A DNA stretch of 64,000 bases from Zygnema circumcarinatum SAG 698-1b. Lineage: Eukaryota; Plantae; Zygnematophyceae. The notes beneath the pieces are model-generated. The model saw nothing but the letters and a program-made list of their open reading frames with translations. It searched no databases and was not told the DNA's origin. The DNA is taken from contig CM074808.1 in the NCBI GenBank assembly GCA_037447605.1, positions 4,211,674-4,275,673 of the forward strand. Reading direction: 5' to 3'. Below, in pieces: positions 59,420 to 64,000 of the stretch (its first letter is position 1; each line of letters begins with the position of its first letter). Made by a program: the position numbers and the translations under genes.

Positions 59420-62400
59420 AAATTTTGTACTCATGCTTTACTTAGTTACGATGTCTGAAGGATTTAACTTTCGAGGAAATGCCACGCGTGGTCGGGTATC
59501 GCGTCGAGATGATGCCAGTTGAAGTCAATGTTGACTCCGGACCTTGTCAGCGTGGGGAGTGGGTGTTACTTGCCGTGAACCGGTTTGTCTTGCTTGATAG
59601 GTCTGAAATGCACCATCTTGCTTTCGGCCGATTGACGAATCTGAGAATGGAGTCAAAACTGGCTGTCAGCGTGTAAATGCGTGATTGCCGAGTCCGTTAC
59701 TACTGTTTCTCGAAACTTGCTTTGTAAGGGCGTGGCTGGCGAGGCGAAGCGAAGCCCGCACGTCGCTTTTCACGATGCTTGAGGCTTATCCTTTGAATTG
59801 ACAAGTTGGGCATCTTGGTCTGTCTGCCTCAGCGTCCATTTGTAATTACGACCACGGAATTTCTCGGGCGTGCCGGGTTTAGCAGCTCCGCGCATGACAC
59901 CACATGCGGAGGATCGTCGCATCTGGCTTCATTGCCAGCTGCCGTCTGAATCGGCCTTAGATACGTACTTCAGCTTGCTCACGTGGTACCAAAAGGCACC
60001 GTCCGAGCGAGCTTTGTTCTTATAGCCGTGCGCCCAGCCGTCCGAGAACAAGGATCGCGGTGTACCTAGAGTGAATCATGCAATGCAGCGAAATCGAGCG
60101 GGAGGTTGGCTAACGTCGGTTGGTGGAGGGTTTTATAATAACATCTTGGAGATGTATGACGGGTTGGCCGACCGCCGTCTCCGCTGTCTACGTACCGCCC
60201 AATACTCGGTCGACTGGCCATCATCAGTAGATGAATGGGTTCAGCTGGCTTCCGATTGGGTCATGCATTCGGCCTTCGGTACGTATCTTTGTTCGAGCCG
60301 TTGGAGGAACTTCGAGGCCAGCGTGCACGCGCGCTTGTGAGTTTCGCTGCGCGTGAAAGAGCGTCCTAGGTGGGCGGTGATGCAGCTCGGCGTATTTGCC
60401 GCCGCCCTCGAATAGCAGCGCCCGTGTCCTTGGTAGGTGAACCCGACCCGAGAACCACTGGCTGCGTGGCCGAGATAGTTTTGTTATTTGGGTTAAATGC
60501 TGCGACTTTTGTATGAGGTTGGTAGATGCTGGAGCAAGGCCGCTAAAGCGAACTTCGGAAGCGTCGCGTACCACTTCAAATGGTAGCGTGGGATCGGCCA
60601 ACTTTCAGCGTAGGTCTTTGTCGTAGCCAGCATGTCTATAACAATCCAAAGGCCGTCTGGCGGCTGCTGGTAATCACGTCATGGCGTGCAGGCGTGTCAA
60701 ATTGGTAGAAGGTGTCACCAATTTACTAAAGCGCGGATAAACTTACGAAAATAGTCGCAAATCGAAAAGGCCGCCGTGATGGAGATCGGTGATGCGACCC
60801 GATATCTTATTTCACCAACGAACGCGCCTTGTTTGGATCGGGTTCGATCCACGATCGTTCCAAGATATGCCAGATACAACAACTCCGTTGCATGAAGTTC
60901 TGAGCTGCTATAGCCCAGCGCAAAAGTATTTTCATGACGCCTCGAACTGCTGGCGTCTCGCGCTTGAGATGTTGTTCGGTCCGTCTTTCTTTGCGAATGC
61001 GAGGATATAAATCCGGGTGGAGCGGGACAAACTTCGTCCGTGCCGGCCGAACATCTGGTTAAATGGCGACTTGGAGCGAAGCACGGGCGTTAGTCGGTCA
61101 GGCACCTTGTATTGGAAGTGACCGATTGGCGTTAGCCCGATCTTAGGCATGTCCAAAATGGCGGATTTGATGATACCGCAGAAGGCGGAGTCCAGCGAGG
61201 GTGAACACCTTAAGCCCGCGTAGAAGCGATCCAGTAGTCGTCCCGATGCAGCGGTAAAAACAAACACGTGCTTTCGCAGTGATCTTATTGAGTCAACGAT
61301 AATCGTCGCGTCCATAAAGATCCATCCTTTTCCAACAAAAGGATAGAGCTGAAAGGGCTTTGCACGGGATTCAATCGACCCCTTATCCCGGCGCCGGATG
61401 CTTGAGAGTTGTTTTCCGCATCTCCTCAGTCTCCTTTGGGCTAAGCCTATAGATAGGCCTCCAAGGAGGTTTCTGTTCTGGCTCAAGGGGTATGGTATGC
61501 CCCACCCCGCGGGCTGGAGGCAAACCCCTTTGCAGATCGTCTAGGAACACATCCCCAAACGCCTTCAACAAAGGTTGAAACGCAGCTGGAACAGTTGGCA
61601 ATGCCTCACCCGCAGTGGGTTGCCATTCCTGGTCCTCGTCATGAGCATCCTCGGTTGCCGTCATGACTTGCACCATAAACAAGATGCTATTCGTTTTTAG
61701 TGCCTTGCCTACTTGCATGGCTGAGCACAGAAACGACAAAGACGACTGCGAAGAGGCCAGTCCAGAGGGACAGCCTGGTTGCAGCGTTATGCGTCTACCC
61801 TCACTGCGGAGGACGCAATTAGGGACCACAAAATCCAGCTGAGCACCCATATGCGTCAGCCATTTGCTCCCCAAGAGAAAGTCTGTTCCTGGGGCCAACA
61901 TCGTCAACAAGCAATTGACGACTCCGGAGTAGGACTGAATCTTCAACTTCACGCTGACGCTGCCAAAAATCTGGCCCGTGCGTCCATCCCTGAAAGTTAC
62001 ACTATCGGAATGAGGCTGGACTGCAAACCCTGCAGTCCTGACAAAGGCTGCGCTAACAAAGTTAGCGTCCGCGCCAGTGTCTAGCAGAATGACTGCTGAG
62101 TGCCCCTCGGCTGAACCTTGGAAGGTCATAGCACGATGGGCCACGTGGAAAATGGACCGTAGCACATTTGGTGCGTGAGGACGCGCAGTCCTCCACACAA
62201 GGGAATGAGGGGACTTCACCAGCGCACTGGTGGGGGATCCCTGCATCCACCTAAGAAGGGAGAAGCCCTCCTTCCATAGCTTTACCACTTCCCACTCAGT
62301 CTATGGGTAAGCCCTCACTGCGACATGCTGTGGGAGCAAGACCCGCAGACTGAGCACATGGTCCTTCGACCGCAGCAAGCGCAGGGCATCAAATGCGCAC

Positions 62401-64000
62401 TGTACTAAGGCATCACTGCCATGGCATTCAAGAGAACAACATGCCATTCATTTCCAAAGACAACATTCAAAAACATTGTTGGAGTCACAGACGTAGAAGG
62501 TAGCAATGAATAGTCAGCAGGGAATGCATCGCACACAAATAACATGTTCCCACCGAAAATTCCCCCACTCACATTGAGAATGTCATGTCTTCGTGGAATA
62601 CAACATTCTACCCCAGTGACTGCAGCCAACGTGCTGCCCCCTCCACTAACAGGCCCACCGGCAGCGACTCCTAAGCTGCCGGTGGGGAGCCGTTTTCCGC
62701 CGGCCCCTTTCCCTTCCAATCCTTCTTGAAAGATGGGCAGTCGTAAGACCTATGCCCCACCTTCCTGCAGCGGAAACACTTATTTTCCGCTCTCAAAGTC
62801 TCCATCTCCTGTGGAGCAAGTTTCGGCGGCTGTGGCCGTTGGTGCTGCTGCTGGTGAGAGGAAGGAAATTTCCTCTTGCCATTCCCCTTAGGTCGGTCGC
62901 CTGGCGCACCAGTCTTGCGCGGCTGTTTGACCGTGTCCGCCCGCGGGGGACGGGAAGGCCCTGCACCATCTGTAGACCCAGCGTTAGTTTGAATCGCAGC
63001 TGCAAACATCTGCTCGTCATCCATAGGCCCCCAAGGTTCCAGGGTACGAGGATTCAGCCGAAGTTGTTTCCGGACGTATGGCTTCAGGCCATGACTGAAC
63101 CTAAAAAGAACTCTTCGTTCGTCAGCTGGAACTTGGTAATTTGCGCCCACGCGCCACGCAATTCCCGGAGGAATTCAGCCGCGCTTCTAGTCTGCGTAAG
63201 CGACTGGAACCTGTCCCAAGCCGCAGCACTGGGATCCAGGATTCCAAAATGTTTGAGAAGTTCAGACTCAAACTTCTCAAAGTCATCCCCGATGATTGCT
63301 GCCCGGCTGGAGTACACACTCCAAGCAGCGCCTCGCAGGGCGGGTGACGCAAAGTTCACCGATTGATTGATAGGGCATTGGGTGGCCCGCAGGTACCCTC
63401 GCGCCTGCCCCATCCAATGCTCAATCGGGGTTTCAGAACTAGACCCGACCCCCGCGCAGGAGGTCGGAGGACGCCGCTGATTTCTGGGAAGGTCGTCACA
63501 GCCGAACGAACCCCCAATGGTCGCCAGCCCGTAACAGCGCCAGCGAAGGTGGGTAAGCTGACTGGCGGCCATACCTCCCAAAGGGACGGCAGCGGCTGCT
63601 CCTGCAAAGGGGAAACAGCAGCCTGCGCCCGGCGAGGACCCAGCGAGGGCTAGGAATGTGGAACCCGTCCGCTGCCGAAGCAGCGGAGGTGGGGAGGAAG
63701 CCTCTTGTCCTACAGGCTGCGCTCCTTTATTCCCCTAAGGCAACACGCCTCTCCCTCTTGTATCGGCAAAGACCACAGGAGGAGGGGATAAAGGCCTACC
63801 AGTGGCTGGAGGGGGAGGGTCCCCACGGTTCTGGCAAACCTGCTCGAAGATCTCGCCGAGGAGGCGCCCCACGTTTTGCTCGTGCGCGTCTTGCTTGCTC
63901 GCAATGCGAGCAAGCGCCTCCTCTGTTGGTAATTCCATGGTGGAACCACCCTCGACAGAGTAAGCCTCCCTTTCACGGCTTTCTTGAGTACGTAGACATC
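59420..64000 (-). mobile_element. Ty3/Gypsy element C (same lineage as A/B), degenerate in RT-INT, 5' end beyond the window, 3' end cut by the CT array
   Basis: gag from 63938 (MELPTEEAL..; FESELLKHFG; FRFSHGLKPYVRKQL; CFRCRKVGHRSYDC), extra domain ~62190-62590, protease ILLDTGADANFVS (ORF 61383-62288), PWRPIYRLSPKETEEMRK, PIGHFQYKV, FEVVRDAS, degraded integrase to ~59480. Confidence 0.85.

Overview
Eukaryotic, intron-rich draft scaffold with eight N-gaps, read by eye. It is most likely a streptophyte alga of the Klebsormidiophyceae type, inferred from TTTTAGGG/TTTTTAGGG telomere-type repeats together with land-plant-type gene families. The left third (0.8-20.6 kb) is gene-dense: a zf-HIT/CCHC zinc-finger gene, an EMSY-like (ENT+Tudor) gene head-to-head with HAKAI, an unidentified spliced gene, a sucrose transporter, and a gene that appears to fuse DEK-type domains to HEAT-INTOLERANT 4. 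The rest is repeat-dominated. It holds a full-length chromoviral Ty3/Gypsy element nested in the integrase of a related element, a third chromovirus, a Copia 5' fragment, a VPS34/clathrin heavy chain fragment chimera, interstitial telomeric tracts, two ~4 kb polypurine arrays and a 1.96 kb tandem duplication. Most interesting: (1) all three chromoviruses carry a conserved ~140-aa module between the Gag zinc knuckle and the protease that resembles a (degenerate) Dam-like N6-adenine methyltransferase; (2) a textbook-like -1 frameshift signal links Gag to that module; (3) the DEK-HIT4 fusion; (4) a Copia and a Gypsy element share the same 5' leader and start codon. Caveat: single-base indels disrupt many otherwise conserved exons, suggesting an error-prone consensus, so gene intactness cannot be judged. 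No database searches were run.
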